Shown here: positions 28,244 to 37,833 of the stretch, in pieces | Position numbering within the stretch: the stretch's first letter is position 1 | How the letters are laid out: each line of letters begins with the position of its first letter | NCBI GenBank assembly: GCA_050246315.1 | Contig: JBFWWG010000008.1 | Span: 96,001 to 160,000 of the forward strand | From: Nitrospiraceae bacterium | GTDB lineage: Bacteria > Nitrospirota > Nitrospiria > Nitrospirales > Nitrospiraceae | DNA: 64,000 nt | Reading direction: 5' to 3' | The notes under the pieces: model-generated | Told to the model about the DNA's origin: nothing | The model's database searches: none | What the model saw: only the letters and a program-made list of their open reading frames with translations | Made by a program: the position numbers and the translations under genes

Positions 28244-30775
28244 CTATTTTGTCGCAATAAGTTGTATCTCACCAGGAGAAAACTCTCGTCCGAATTGCCG
28301 GAGCTGAACATCCGTAAATCCTGCTCGGAGAAACACGCTTCGGAGGTCCTCCGGATCCATGCAGAGCATGTGGAAATTACTGGGGTAATCTTGACCGCTG
28401 AACAACTTCATGTTTGCCCAGAGGCCTGGCGTTATTTGCCCATAGAGCTCCACCACGGCCTTCTCATCATCTGGATGCTCCGGTGTTGTCTCGCCGCTTC
28501 CATAGCGCTCCATGATGAAACGGAGATTCGGGGTGCGAATGTATGCTCTGCCGCCGAGGATCAGGACTCTATAAATCTCGCTTGCCAGCCAAGGCAAAGA
28601 TCGCCAGGTGATGTGCTCAATCACATGGTTGGCCAGAATCTCACCGACGGTGTTCTCGTGAAATGGTAGTGGGTCTAATATGTCGTGTTGGATATCCAAG
28701 CTTGGAGCAGAGGTCATCACATCCAGGTGAATGTATCCTGGTTGTGGATGCATTCCCGAGCCTATCTCGCATCGAAACGGGAACCGGCCGACTTGCCGAC
28801 TCTCGGGCTTATCATATTTTGAGACAATCGAAGGGGGCACATCATGTAGCCAAGGCCATGTAGCTCCTTCATTGGATTCGATCTCCGCAAGGAGGCAATA
28901 GTCGGCAATGTCTGGTGTCAGATACTTCGCCCATCTTTGGCTGAGGATTTCTCTGTTGTAGAGATCGTCAGGATTTTCCTGCCCTCGGCGTCCACGACTG
29001 AAGCCTTCATGGTGATAGACAATGCTTTCTGGACAATAGGCAAGTAGTTTTCCCGCGTCGAGTAGCTTAAAGCAGAGATCGGTGTCCTCACCGCCCATGC
29101 GGAAGCTCCTGTCAAACCCTCCCAGACCTAGAAAAGACTGCTTCCGAACCAAGAGACATGCACCGGTGAGGATACGAAAGAAGCGGAAACGGTTGGCAGC
29201 TGAGAACTGTTTCGGTAGAAAGCGATACAGGTGTTCAGCGATGCCCTGCTCATTCACGACAGTGCCACAGTGCTGAATGAGTTCGGATCCGGGATACACC
29301 AGCTTCGGACCGACCGCCCCAATACGGCTATCCGATTCCATCACGGTCATAAGCTGGCCAAGCCAATCCGGAGTCACAGTCGTATCGTTGTTCAGGAACA
29401 CAATGTACTCGCCCTTTGCCATCTCTACTCCGGCATTACACGCACCTGAAAATCCTGTATTGCGGGCGTTGTGCACGATCCGCACCCGAGGCTCCCATTC
29501 ACGCAGCCGTTCCAGACTATCATCTGTTGATCCATCCACGACAACGATGACCTCAAAAACCACCCCTGCGCCACACCTGAAAATCGACGAAAGGCACTGA
29601 GCGAGGAGTGGAAAGTCATTGTAGTGCGGGATAACAATTGAGACCTTCGGATTCGCTGTTTGCTCCAGCAGGTTGCGAACCGAGGACAGCACCAATTCTG
29701 GAGTGAGACCTTCCATACAACGGACTGTCTCCCATGGGCATGGTGGTGCAAAGATAGCTGGAACCGGTCGTTGCCGGTGGTGGCACCCGCGGCAGAAGAT
29801 ATCGGAATACAAGACTGACGGTAGCGCCCAATCAGCCACTCGCTTCTCTGGATTCGTACAACCGAAAAGCGCCACCGTGGGCCTACGCATCGCGTAGGCA
29901 ATGTGCATCAATGACGAATCTACGGTGAGAATGATGCTTGCCTTGAAAATGATGGCCGCGGCCTCGCGAATTGTCGTCCTACCGCGGAGATCGAAACCGA
30001 ACTTAATGTCGCAATCTTTCTCACTGCCGAGAACGACCACTTGTACGCCGTCGCTACTCAGTTGTTCTGCGACAATGTCAAAATAATTCATCGGCCAATC
30101 CCGAACCGACCATCCAGACCTTACCTGAATGCCGCAGATCGGCTTACAGATATCCACACCGTACTCGGCCAGGATCTCGGCGGCCCTGGCGAGTTCGCTC
30201 TGCTGCAGATAGACTTCAGGTGTCTTGTCATGAACCGTCACGTCGCCGATTCGCGCGTAAGCATCGACAATGTGCTCGTCCGGTGTGTACTCGTAGTCCA
30301 TCTCGAGCGTAACATCGTACCCGTCGAGTGGCACCTCGGCTTTGACAATGGCATTTACGTGAGGATTACCCTTGAGGATATCCGGATAGAGCGTGGCAAC
30401 GACAATCTTAGCCTCAGGATATCTCTGACGTAACGCTCGCAAAACCGGCGTGAGCAAAAGGACATCCCCCAGCGCCCCGCGGCGAAAAATTTGAATTCGC
30501 TCCGGACAAGGGGTTGGCCGACCCGGATCCGCGCAGGAGGTGGTGGCCCTTGTGTTACCACCTAGACGCAGATGCCGACGCCCATCGAGTTGGGGCATGC
30601 CAATTTGCCTGAAACCCTGCTCGGCAGACAGCGCATAACCGATGATTCGGGAGAGGCCAAGCATAAGGCGGCGATAAGATCCGCTATGCCGAAAAAGGCG
30701 AACTTGAATGCGGGACACATTATCGGCAAGACGCCAAAGTAGCAATTTCAGAGGTCGCATCCTCATGGCGACCAC
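28244..30775 (-). CDS. Multidomain GT9 + GT2 + SAM methyltransferase-like protein
   Basis: GT9: GALGDVLLLTPVLRAL, TVDSSLMHIA, VALFG. GT2: VSIVIPHYN, VFLNNDT, EDTDLC. MT: EIGSG..GYIHLD, ANHVIEH, IRTPN. Confidence 0.88.
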   Translation of the reverse strand: MVAMRMRPLKLLLWRLADNVSRIQVRLFRHSGSYRRLMLGLSRIIGYALSAEQGFRQIGMPQLDGRRHLRLGGNTRATTSCADPGRPTPCPERIQIFRRGALGDVLLLTPVLRALRQRYPEAKIVVATLYPDILKGNPHVNAIVKAEVPLDGYDVTLEMDYEYTPDEHIVDAYARIGDVTVHDKTPEVYLQQSELARAAEILAEYGVDICKPICGIQVRSGWSVRDWPMNYFDIVAEQLSSDGVQVVVLGSEKDCDIKFGFDLRGRTTIREAAAIIFKASIILTVDSSLMHIAYAMRRPTVALFGCTNPEKRVADWALPSVLYSDIFCRGCHHRQRPVPAIFAPPCPWETVRCMEGLTPELVLSSVRNLLEQTANPKVSIVIPHYNDFPLLAQCLSSIFRCGAGVVFEVIVVVDGSTDDSLERLREWEPRVRIVHNARNTGFSGACNAGVEMAKGEYIVFLNNDTTVTPDWLGQLMTVMESDSRIGAVGPKLVYPGSELIQHCGTVVNEQGIAEHLYRFLPKQFSAANRFRFFRILTGACLLVRKQSFLGLGGFDRSFRMGGEDTDLCFKLLDAGKLLAYCPESIVYHHEGFSRGRRGQENPDDLYNREILSQRWAKYLTPDIADYCLLAEIESNEGATWPWLHDVPPSIVSKYDKPESRQVGRFPFRCEIGSGMHPQPGYIHLDVMTSAPSLDIQHDILDPLPFHENTVGEILANHVIEHITWRSLPWLASEIYRVLILGGRAYIRTPNLRFIMERYGSGETTPEHPDDEKAVVELYGQITPGLWANMKLFSGQDYPSNFHMLCMDPEDLRSVFLRAGFTDVQLRQFGREFSPGEIQLIATK

Positions 30776-33687
30776 CGGTACGGCGAATCCGCGACTCCCT
30801 CAACCCAAGGCCGACACACTCGCGGAGGAAAGGCGAGATTGAAATCATGATCATCCAGGCTCAGATTTGGACTGTAGAATGGGTCCTTCGTCAACACATC
30901 CCCCCATCGTGCTTTCATATACGCGACTTCTCGCGCAAAGGATGAACGTCGTTTCCGCGAATCATCAGGCATCCTTGTCGCACTTTCAAGATGATAGAGT
31001 TCCGCATATGGCGTCCACAATATCCGGTAGCCTCGTTCCCTGAGGCGAATGCATAAATCGACATCGTTGAATGCTATCGGCAACTCGACCTCGTTTAATC
31101 CCCCCAGTTCCAAGTACACTGATCTCCGCATGACAAGACATGCCGCTGTCACTGCGGAGACATCCTGAGCAACCTGCATGCGGCCATGATATCCCGGTGC
31201 CTCCCGCGGCTGACGGCGGAAGGCATGCCCCGCCACACCCTGTATTCCCAAGACAACTCCGGCATGCTGAATCGAACCATCAGGAAAATACAGCTTCGCG
31301 CCGACCGCACCGATTTCCGGGCGCAACGCATGGCCGACCATTTCTCGCAACCAGTCTGGCGCAATCACCTCGATGTCGTTATTGATCAGTCCGACGACAA
31401 CCCCGCTGGCTTCGTGAACAGCCATGTTATTGATAGCCGAGAAATTGTATGCGCCGTCATATCTCAGAATGCGAACCCGAGGAGCCTGCTGAAGCTCCGC
31501 AAAGTAGTCGAGCGTTTCCGTCTCTTCACTCTGATTGTCAACGATAATCACTTCGATCTTGTCATAATTCGTTCTGTTTAGGATTCCATCTACACAGCTA
31601 CGCAGCAATTCAACCTTATCCTTGGTGGGGATGATCAGGCTGACAAGGGGAGCATCACTGGGCACAGAATAGACGACACGATGAGAGGATGAACAAGACT
31701 CCTTAATGTCATTGACGCTAAGTTTCTTCCTCTCGAAATGCGAAAGGAGGGCCAGACGGGCGGCTCCATTTGTGCCGTCTTCCCTATCCAGACTCCCAAG
31801 GATCGTCCTTCGATGATACAGGACGAACGGTATGTGGGAAATACGTTCAGGTACCGTCTCCTCGATGATCCGCAAGTTGAGGTCGTAGTCTTCGCCACCG
31901 CCATAGCCCGGTCGGCAACCTCCTATTCTCTCTAGCAGGGAGGCACGATAGACTCCTAGATGAGAAATGTAATTTTGACCCAGAAAAAGATCGGGATTCC
32001 AATCTGGTTTGAAATAATGATGCTGACGCCGTCCAGTCTCATCAATCCTATCTTCATCAGTGTAGATGACATCTGCATCTGGATGCCGAATCAGCTCCTC
32101 GGCTACCATATACAACGCATGTTCTGCCAGCTCATCGCCGGGGTGCAGCAGGCCGACATATTCGCCTTCCCTCAACCCGAGCGCGCGGTTCACAAGCTCC
32201 CCATAGTCACGACTGATCACGCTGACTATTTTGATAGATGGCTCTTGGTCAGCGTGTTTCCTTAGGAGGTCTAGAACATCCGGGTTTTCTGAAACGTCGT
32301 GAGCAATGCACAGCTCCCATTCAGGGTACAGCTGCTTGCGAACCGACCAAATCGTTTCGCTCAAGAATTGCAGTGACCGACCATGGATTGGCATCACAAG
32401 GGACATTTTCGGGCGCCGCGCCATAACCTTTACCCTCGATACGACAGCCTGCCGACCGGCATCATCCATCGTCTCGTAGAGGCGCACCCATTCAGCATAG
32501 TCATTTTGAACGTTGTCGCGGGAGGTCGGCCTTGCAGAACCATACCTGAATCCTGGAGCTATTCTGAAACGACGCTGGATACCCGTGACACTCTCGCGCT
32601 GGTAGACGCCTCCGCCTGTGTGAGACATGTTTTCCATTCCACCGCGCCGCTCAATGGCGGACCTATCGAGTTTCACCAAATGTCGAAGTCGTCTGACCTG
32701 CTGGGTCAGAACACGCAATGGTCGCGTAAATCGCCAACTCTTGGAGCTATAGAGTTCCATGAGTTGCCGGTCGCGTGCGGTCAGAGCTTCGGTAAGGCTT
32801 GCAATCTGCCGGTCGCGTTCGCCGATGGTTTGATGGAGGTCATGGATCTCATGAATTCGGAGCGGTAGTTCCTCTTCAACATTCAAGTCTCTATTTGACC
32901 ATTGGTTTGTCATCTGACTTGGCGGAGGGGCACAACGGCCGTGGAGTGAGAGATAGCCAGGGACGACGCTTTCTATCCCTCCGCCGATGACGCGAGGACC
33001 AAGAGTATTGGAACCAGGCTCTGCTTTTCGGATCACACAAAGGGAGTTAAGGAACTCAACCGAGTGAAGATGGGCGAGCACATCCTCATCCAAGCTTGCA
33101 CCATGTGTGCTGGCAAGATTACGGATAACGTCCCGACGCGATTTTTCGACGCCCCAATGCTCATAGTTCAATAGATCAACCAGGCGTTTGAAAAAAGCGA
33201 TAGAGGAATAGGGGTGAAACAATCCCCCTTCCAACTCTTGCCAGTAACTGCAGTGAAGATCTTCTGTAATATAGAGACCGCCGGGCTTGAGGCACTTGAA
33301 GTAGCGTGCGAATGAACGAACAATGTCACGGGATTGGTGAGAACCGTCATCAATAATCAGGTCGTATGAGAGAGAGGACGTGAGTATTCTTTGCTCCGTC
33401 TCGTCCGTATTGGCATCACCCACCACGACCACGATCTTTGGGTTTTCAAACTGCAACCGGCGGCAGTCTGGGTTCACATCACAACCAACGAACATTTCGC
33501 CATGGTGGAAGTACTGGCTCCAGATTTCCAGCGAGCCCCCGTTCTGGACACCGATTTCCAGTAGCCGAATCGCCTGGTCACGATAGGGTAACAATAGCCT
33601 CTCGTATTCTGAGAGGTAAGAAGACCATTTGTCAGAGACCTTCCCCTGATGCTCGTCGTACAGTTGATAAAGAGTCTTATTCGTCAT
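30763..33687 (-). CDS. Methyltransferase + coiled coil + two GT2 domains (WsaE-like polymerase/terminator architecture)
   Basis: DKWSSY, LLEIGVQNGGS, IIDDGSH, EDLHCSYW; heptad region ending SSKSWRFTRPLR; FKPDWNPD; VSLIIPTKD, FNDVDLC. Confidence 0.88.
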   Translation of the reverse strand: MTNKTLYQLYDEHQGKVSDKWSSYLSEYERLLLPYRDQAIRLLEIGVQNGGSLEIWSQYFHHGEMFVGCDVNPDCRRLQFENPKIVVVVGDANTDETEQRILTSSLSYDLIIDDGSHQSRDIVRSFARYFKCLKPGGLYITEDLHCSYWQELEGGLFHPYSSIAFFKRLVDLLNYEHWGVEKSRRDVIRNLASTHGASLDEDVLAHLHSVEFLNSLCVIRKAEPGSNTLGPRVIGGGIESVVPGYLSLHGRCAPPPSQMTNQWSNRDLNVEEELPLRIHEIHDLHQTIGERDRQIASLTEALTARDRQLMELYSSKSWRFTRPLRVLTQQVRRLRHLVKLDRSAIERRGGMENMSHTGGGVYQRESVTGIQRRFRIAPGFRYGSARPTSRDNVQNDYAEWVRLYETMDDAGRQAVVSRVKVMARRPKMSLVMPIHGRSLQFLSETIWSVRKQLYPEWELCIAHDVSENPDVLDLLRKHADQEPSIKIVSVISRDYGELVNRALGLREGEYVGLLHPGDELAEHALYMVAEELIRHPDADVIYTDEDRIDETGRRQHHYFKPDWNPDLFLGQNYISHLGVYRASLLERIGGCRPGYGGGEDYDLNLRIIEETVPERISHIPFVLYHRRTILGSLDREDGTNGAARLALLSHFERKKLSVNDIKESCSSSHRVVYSVPSDAPLVSLIIPTKDKVELLRSCVDGILNRTNYDKIEVIIVDNQSEETETLDYFAELQQAPRVRILRYDGAYNFSAINNMAVHEASGVVVGLINNDIEVIAPDWLREMVGHALRPEIGAVGAKLYFPDGSIQHAGVVLGIQGVAGHAFRRQPREAPGYHGRMQVAQDVSAVTAACLVMRRSVYLELGGLNEVELPIAFNDVDLCIRLRERGYRILWTPYAELYHLESATRMPDDSRKRRSSFAREVAYMKARWGDVLTKDPFYSPNLSLDDHDFNLAFPPRVCRPWVEGVADSPYRWSP

Positions 33688-35224
33688 GGGCGCATCGTCT
33701 CAGCGTCACTTGTTCGAACTGAACCCCCACGAGCCCCCAGCGGACTTTGCTAGATGTCACATTGATGATGACCGCATCGTGCAAATAATGATGTTGCACA
33801 TTCTTATGCAGGTCGCCGTCGGCGACACTGGCCATCACCGCGTAATCTCCATTGGGTAACATGGGTAACCGGAAAACAAACTCCCCTTCAAACTCCTGCC
33901 CCTTGCGCACCAGGCACGCAGCCCCGGCCGTAAAGGGCAAGGTATTTTCACCAAATAAGTCCTGGCCTAAGCGGTCTCTGACTAAGAATCCAAGAATGGG
34001 ATTCGCCATATCGACGTTGGCACGAGCTTGGATGACCACACGTACTCTTTCACCACCCTCAAAGACGGCTGCAGCCTCCCCGTTGAATTTATTCAAGCGA
34101 ACCAAAACAATCTCTGCATCACCTGTTTTCCAGCCCGCGGAGCGATCGAGGTTATCACTGGCCAGATAGCGGGCGCCGTAGTCAATCGTAAGCGGTCCTG
34201 AGCTATCTTTCGCTTCCGGAGAGTGATCGTCCTTCGGCCGCACCGGGGAGGTCGGCTGCAGTCTTGCCGTTTCCCCGTAGATTTCTTGAACCGTATAGTG
34301 CAAGTAGGCGTGCGATACATCTTTTGAGTTACCAAGTTGCTTCACCTTGCCCAGATTCAGCCAGATTGCTGATTTGCATAAAAGTTGCACAGCACCGATG
34401 TCATGGCTAACAAACAACAACGTACCTCGATCTTGAAACGCGCGGATGAACCGCATGCACTTTTGGGTGAATACGGCATCGCCCACAGATAGTGCCTCAT
34501 CAACAACCAATATATCTGCATCGACATGCGCCATGATTGCAAAAGCTAACCGCACATACATTCCGCTCGAATAGGTTTTCACCGGTTGTTCAATGAACTG
34601 ACCGATATCCGCAAATGCTGCAATGGCACTGAACCGGGCGTCGATTTCGCCCTTGCTCAGGCCCAATAGCGCAGCATTCATGTAAACGTTTTCCCGGCCC
34701 GTAAATTCCGGGTTGAAGCCAGCGCCCAGCTCCAGCAGCGCAGCGACCCGACCATTGGTTTCTATCGTGCCGCTTGTCGGAGTCAGAGTGCCGCAGATGA
34801 TTTGCAGCAGGGTAGACTTGCCTGAGCCGTTGCGCCCGATGATACCGACCGTTTCGCCTTTCTTCACCTCAAAGGACACATCGCTCAGCGCCCAGAATTC
34901 GCGGGCGTAGTTCCTCGGGATCCTGCCGAGCAGCCGCTGTACCCGTGGCACGAGAATCTGTTTGAGGCGATCTTGAGGTCGGTCGTAAAGGTGATAGCAT
35001 TTGCTCAGGTTTCGCACGCAGATGGCGATGTCGCCGGCCGTACCGTTCCGCCTCGAAACACCTCGATCGTCGCTTCCCCGCTCACCTCGCCCCTCTCCGG
35101 CCGGAAAAGCGGCGGATTGGACCTCCCTACCCCAACCCTCTCCTCCAGAAGGCGGGAGAGGATCTCCGCTGCCTTCTTCTCGCGAGGGTACGGGGGCTGC
35201 GCTCAACAGGTTGTCAAAGGACAT
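33677..35224 (-). CDS. wzt: Polysaccharide ABC transporter ATP-binding subunit with C-terminal carbohydrate-binding domain
   Basis: GRNGSGKSTLL, YSSGMYVRLAF, VDEALSVGD, VSHD, Wzt_C-like C-terminus. The start overlaps the wzm stop (GATGTCCTTTGA). Confidence 0.93.
   Translation of the reverse strand: MSFDNLLSAAPVPSREEGSGDPLPPSGGEGWGREVQSAAFPAGEGRGERGSDDRGVSRRNGTAGDIAICVRNLSKCYHLYDRPQDRLKQILVPRVQRLLGRIPRNYAREFWALSDVSFEVKKGETVGIIGRNGSGKSTLLQIICGTLTPTSGTIETNGRVAALLELGAGFNPEFTGRENVYMNAALLGLSKGEIDARFSAIAAFADIGQFIEQPVKTYSSGMYVRLAFAIMAHVDADILVVDEALSVGDAVFTQKCMRFIRAFQDRGTLLFVSHDIGAVQLLCKSAIWLNLGKVKQLGNSKDVSHAYLHYTVQEIYGETARLQPTSPVRPKDDHSPEAKDSSGPLTIDYGARYLASDNLDRSAGWKTGDAEIVLVRLNKFNGEAAAVFEGGERVRVVIQARANVDMANPILGFLVRDRLGQDLFGENTLPFTAGAACLVRKGQEFEGEFVFRLPMLPNGDYAVMASVADGDLHKNVQHHYLHDAVIINVTSSKVRWGLVGVQFEQVTLRRCAHDE
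35070..35200. repeat. REP-like palindromic units inside the wzt 5' coding region
   Basis: ccctaccccaaccctctcctccagaaggcgggagagg plus a decayed second unit ccccgctcacctcgcccctctccggccggaaaag. Translated as PLPPSGGEGWGRE and FPAGEGRGERG. Confidence 0.65.
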
Positions 35225-36008
35225 CCGCAAATCCCTTGCGTGTTTTTTGAAACCACATGAACCCTGCCCAGGCTACGACCAGGCTGCACAATAAATACGC
35301 TACGAGGCCTGTCCAATTGGGCATCCCCCCCCAAATCAGCACCGATCGAACCTGCTCGATGACGAAGGTGAGCGGATTGAGCAGCATGAGAGAACGGAAG
35401 TGCGCTGGCAGCGCCGAGACCGGATAAAAGACAGGACTCAGAAACAACATGATCGTCGTGACAATGCCGATCGATTGTCCGACATCCCTGACAAACACGC
35501 CGATGGATGCCAGGAACCACGCCACACCCATGGTGAGCAGTGCCAACGGCAGGATGAGGACAGGAAGAAATATGGCCGTCCAGTGCAGCGCGGCATGGAT
35601 GACCGCATAAAACAGCAACAGAACGGCGAAACTGACGCCCGCGTGAAACAACGCCGAGCCGAGCGTGACCCAAGGTAGAATCTCGAGCGGAAACACAACT
35701 TTCTTCACATAGTTCACATTGTTCAATATCAAGCCCGGTGCCCGGTTGGCGCACTCGGCAAACAACCCATGGATGATCATGCCGGCGAACAGGACGACGG
35801 CAAACTCGCTCTGACTGTCCGATTCCCCACCCCAGCGAGCTCGGAACACGACGGTGAATACAAAGGTGTAGACGGCCAGCATGAGCACCGGATTCAAAAA
35901 CGACCACATCAACCCCATCACCGATCCGCGATAGCGCCCGATGACTTCGCGTTTCGTCAGTTGCCAGATCAAGAATCTGTGGCGCCAAAGACTCGAAACA
36001 AGATTCAT
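35214..36008 (-). CDS. wzm: Polysaccharide ABC transporter permease
   Basis: RYRGSVMGLMWSFLNP, NYVKKVVFPLE, FLSPVFYP, LNPL. Confidence 0.94.
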   Translation of the reverse strand: MNLVSSLWRHRFLIWQLTKREVIGRYRGSVMGLMWSFLNPVLMLAVYTFVFTVVFRARWGGESDSQSEFAVVLFAGMIIHGLFAECANRAPGLILNNVNYVKKVVFPLEILPWVTLGSALFHAGVSFAVLLLFYAVIHAALHWTAIFLPVLILPLALLTMGVAWFLASIGVFVRDVGQSIGIVTTIMLFLSPVFYPVSALPAHFRSLMLLNPLTFVIEQVRSVLIWGGMPNWTGLVAYLLCSLVVAWAGFMWFQKTRKGFADVL

Positions 36009-36161
36009 GGTTGAAGCGAGCTCTGAGGCTGTGGCGGCCTAACAACCGCGTGTTTGCTTCAAGGGCGCTCCGCCGGCTCGTGCCGGTGGAGGCGTCATCG
36101 CTACCCTGCCGCACATTCGTCCCTGAAGGACTGATCGGCCCTTCCAACGCCTCGCCGGTGT

Positions 36162-37301
36162 CTATTCCCGGTAGAACCGGCGGACGGCCTGGACGACGGC
36201 CTCTTGCTGGTCGGCCGTCAAGCCCTGGTAAATCGGCAAGGCAAGCGTCTCTTTCGCAGCCCGTTCAGATTCAGGAAAATCGCCTTCCTTGTACCCTAGG
36301 AATCGGAAGCATTCTTGCAGGTGGAAGGGCACGGGATAGTAGATCTCGCTGCCGATCCCCTGCTGGGTCAGATGGGCCATCAATTGGTCCCGCCGCGGCG
36401 CACGAATCACGAACTGGTTGTAGATGTGGTGATGCTTATGACCGGCTCGCTGGTATCGCGCTTCGGGAAGCCCGATGCCCGGCTGGTCCGTGAGTCCCGC
36501 GTCACGGAAGAGCGCACGGTAACGTGCCGCGTTCTCTTGGCGTTTCCTGGTCCATTCATCTAGGTAGTTTAACTTGACATTCAGGACAGCCGCCTGGATG
36601 CTGTCGAGCCGGAAATTACCACCGATCCACTTGTGATAGTACTTCGGCTTACTCCCATGGACGCGGAATACGCGAATCCGTTCGGCCAGATCGAGGTCAT
36701 TCGTCACGACCATACCGCCGTCGCCCATGGCGCCGAGGTTCTTGCTGGGGAAAAACGAGAAGCACCCGACGGTCCCGATGCTCCCGGCTCGCCGACCGTC
36801 CACATAGTCCGATCCGATCGCCTGCGCCGCGTCCTCGATGACATGCAGCCCCCGCGGCCTCGCGCATGACAAGATGGGAGCCATCTCCGCGCATTGGCCG
36901 TACAGGTGGACCGGCATGATCGCCTTCGTCTTCGGCGAGATGGCCCGTTCGATCCTTGACGGATCGATGTTGTAGGTCCCCGGATCGATATCGACAAAGA
37001 CCGGACGTGCCCCCACTCGGACGATGGCGCCGGCCGTGGCGAAAAACGAATAGGGACTGGTGATCACCTCATCTCCGGGTCCGATGTCGAGCGCCATCAA
37101 CGCCACCAACAGCGCATCCGTCCCCGAGGATACGCCGATACTCGCAGAGGCTTGCGAATAGGCGGCGATCCGTTCTTCCAGCTTCGTGACATCCGGTCCA
37201 AGAATGAATGCTTGACTGGACAGCACTCGTTCGATGGCCTCCAGCAATTCCTTGTGAATCGGCTGATGTTGAACGTTAAGATCGAGCAAGGGAATGGTCA
37301 T
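36162..37301 (-). CDS. DegT/DnrJ/EryC1/StrS nucleotide-sugar aminotransferase
   Basis: [48 protein letters not shown]. Confidence 0.93.
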   Translation of the reverse strand: MTIPLLDLNVQHQPIHKELLEAIERVLSSQAFILGPDVTKLEERIAAYSQASASIGVSSGTDALLVALMALDIGPGDEVITSPYSFFATAGAIVRVGARPVFVDIDPGTYNIDPSRIERAISPKTKAIMPVHLYGQCAEMAPILSCARPRGLHVIEDAAQAIGSDYVDGRRAGSIGTVGCFSFFPSKNLGAMGDGGMVVTNDLDLAERIRVFRVHGSKPKYYHKWIGGNFRLDSIQAAVLNVKLNYLDEWTRKRQENAARYRALFRDAGLTDQPGIGLPEARYQRAGHKHHHIYNQFVIRAPRRDQLMAHLTQQGIGSEIYYPVPFHLQECFRFLGYKEGDFPESERAAKETLALPIYQGLTADQQEAVVQAVRRFYRE

Positions 37302-37494
37302 CAAGGCTCTCCGTTCTTCACGTGGACTCACGCGACGAGATGGTCCTGCAGCGTGGCCGATTCGGCCCCACCCCTCCTCATTGACAGCGACTGATGAATG
37401 AACGCCGTCCATGACGCTCGAGCGCCGCGAGCGCCGGCACTGACGGGTGGTGGTCGCGAGGATCTGATTTCACTCAAACTGGAGGAATCACTCA

Positions 37495-37661
37495 CAGGAT
37501 ACCGAAGAAGTCCGCCAGCCGGGTACCCGCCTGGCGGGTGATCGCATCGCTCAGAGGTTCACTGTTTTGAACCCGTTGGATGAGGAAGAACAACAGGTAC
37601 CCCGAGCCTGCCTCACCTCTTCGCTCACTGCGGCCTTGCTGAACGGCCTTCTTGATATCCG
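37495..37661. repeat. Degenerate intergenic element with imperfect inverted ends
   Basis: Ends caggataccgaagaagtccgccagc / gctgaacggccttcttgatatccg. The internal cagcaaggccgcagtgagcgaagagg (minus strand) resembles an interspersed repeat I recall from Nitrospira genomes (unverified). Confidence 0.55.
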
Positions 37662-37833
37662 ATCGATGTCCGTGACGATATCGGGGGTCGAAAAGAGCGC
37701 TTTCGCAGCCGGCTACGTTCGCACTCGGGGCACCGGCATCGACCCGTTTTTCTATTGTGACGAAGTATTGATCGCGTTGTCCAGTCGCATCTGCGGGGCC
37801 GGATTGAGGTTGAAGCCTGTCACCCCAGCCGGC

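Noticed and set aside
35203..36147. 314-aa minus-strand ORF
   Set aside because: Alternative frame over wzm with no recognisable domain.
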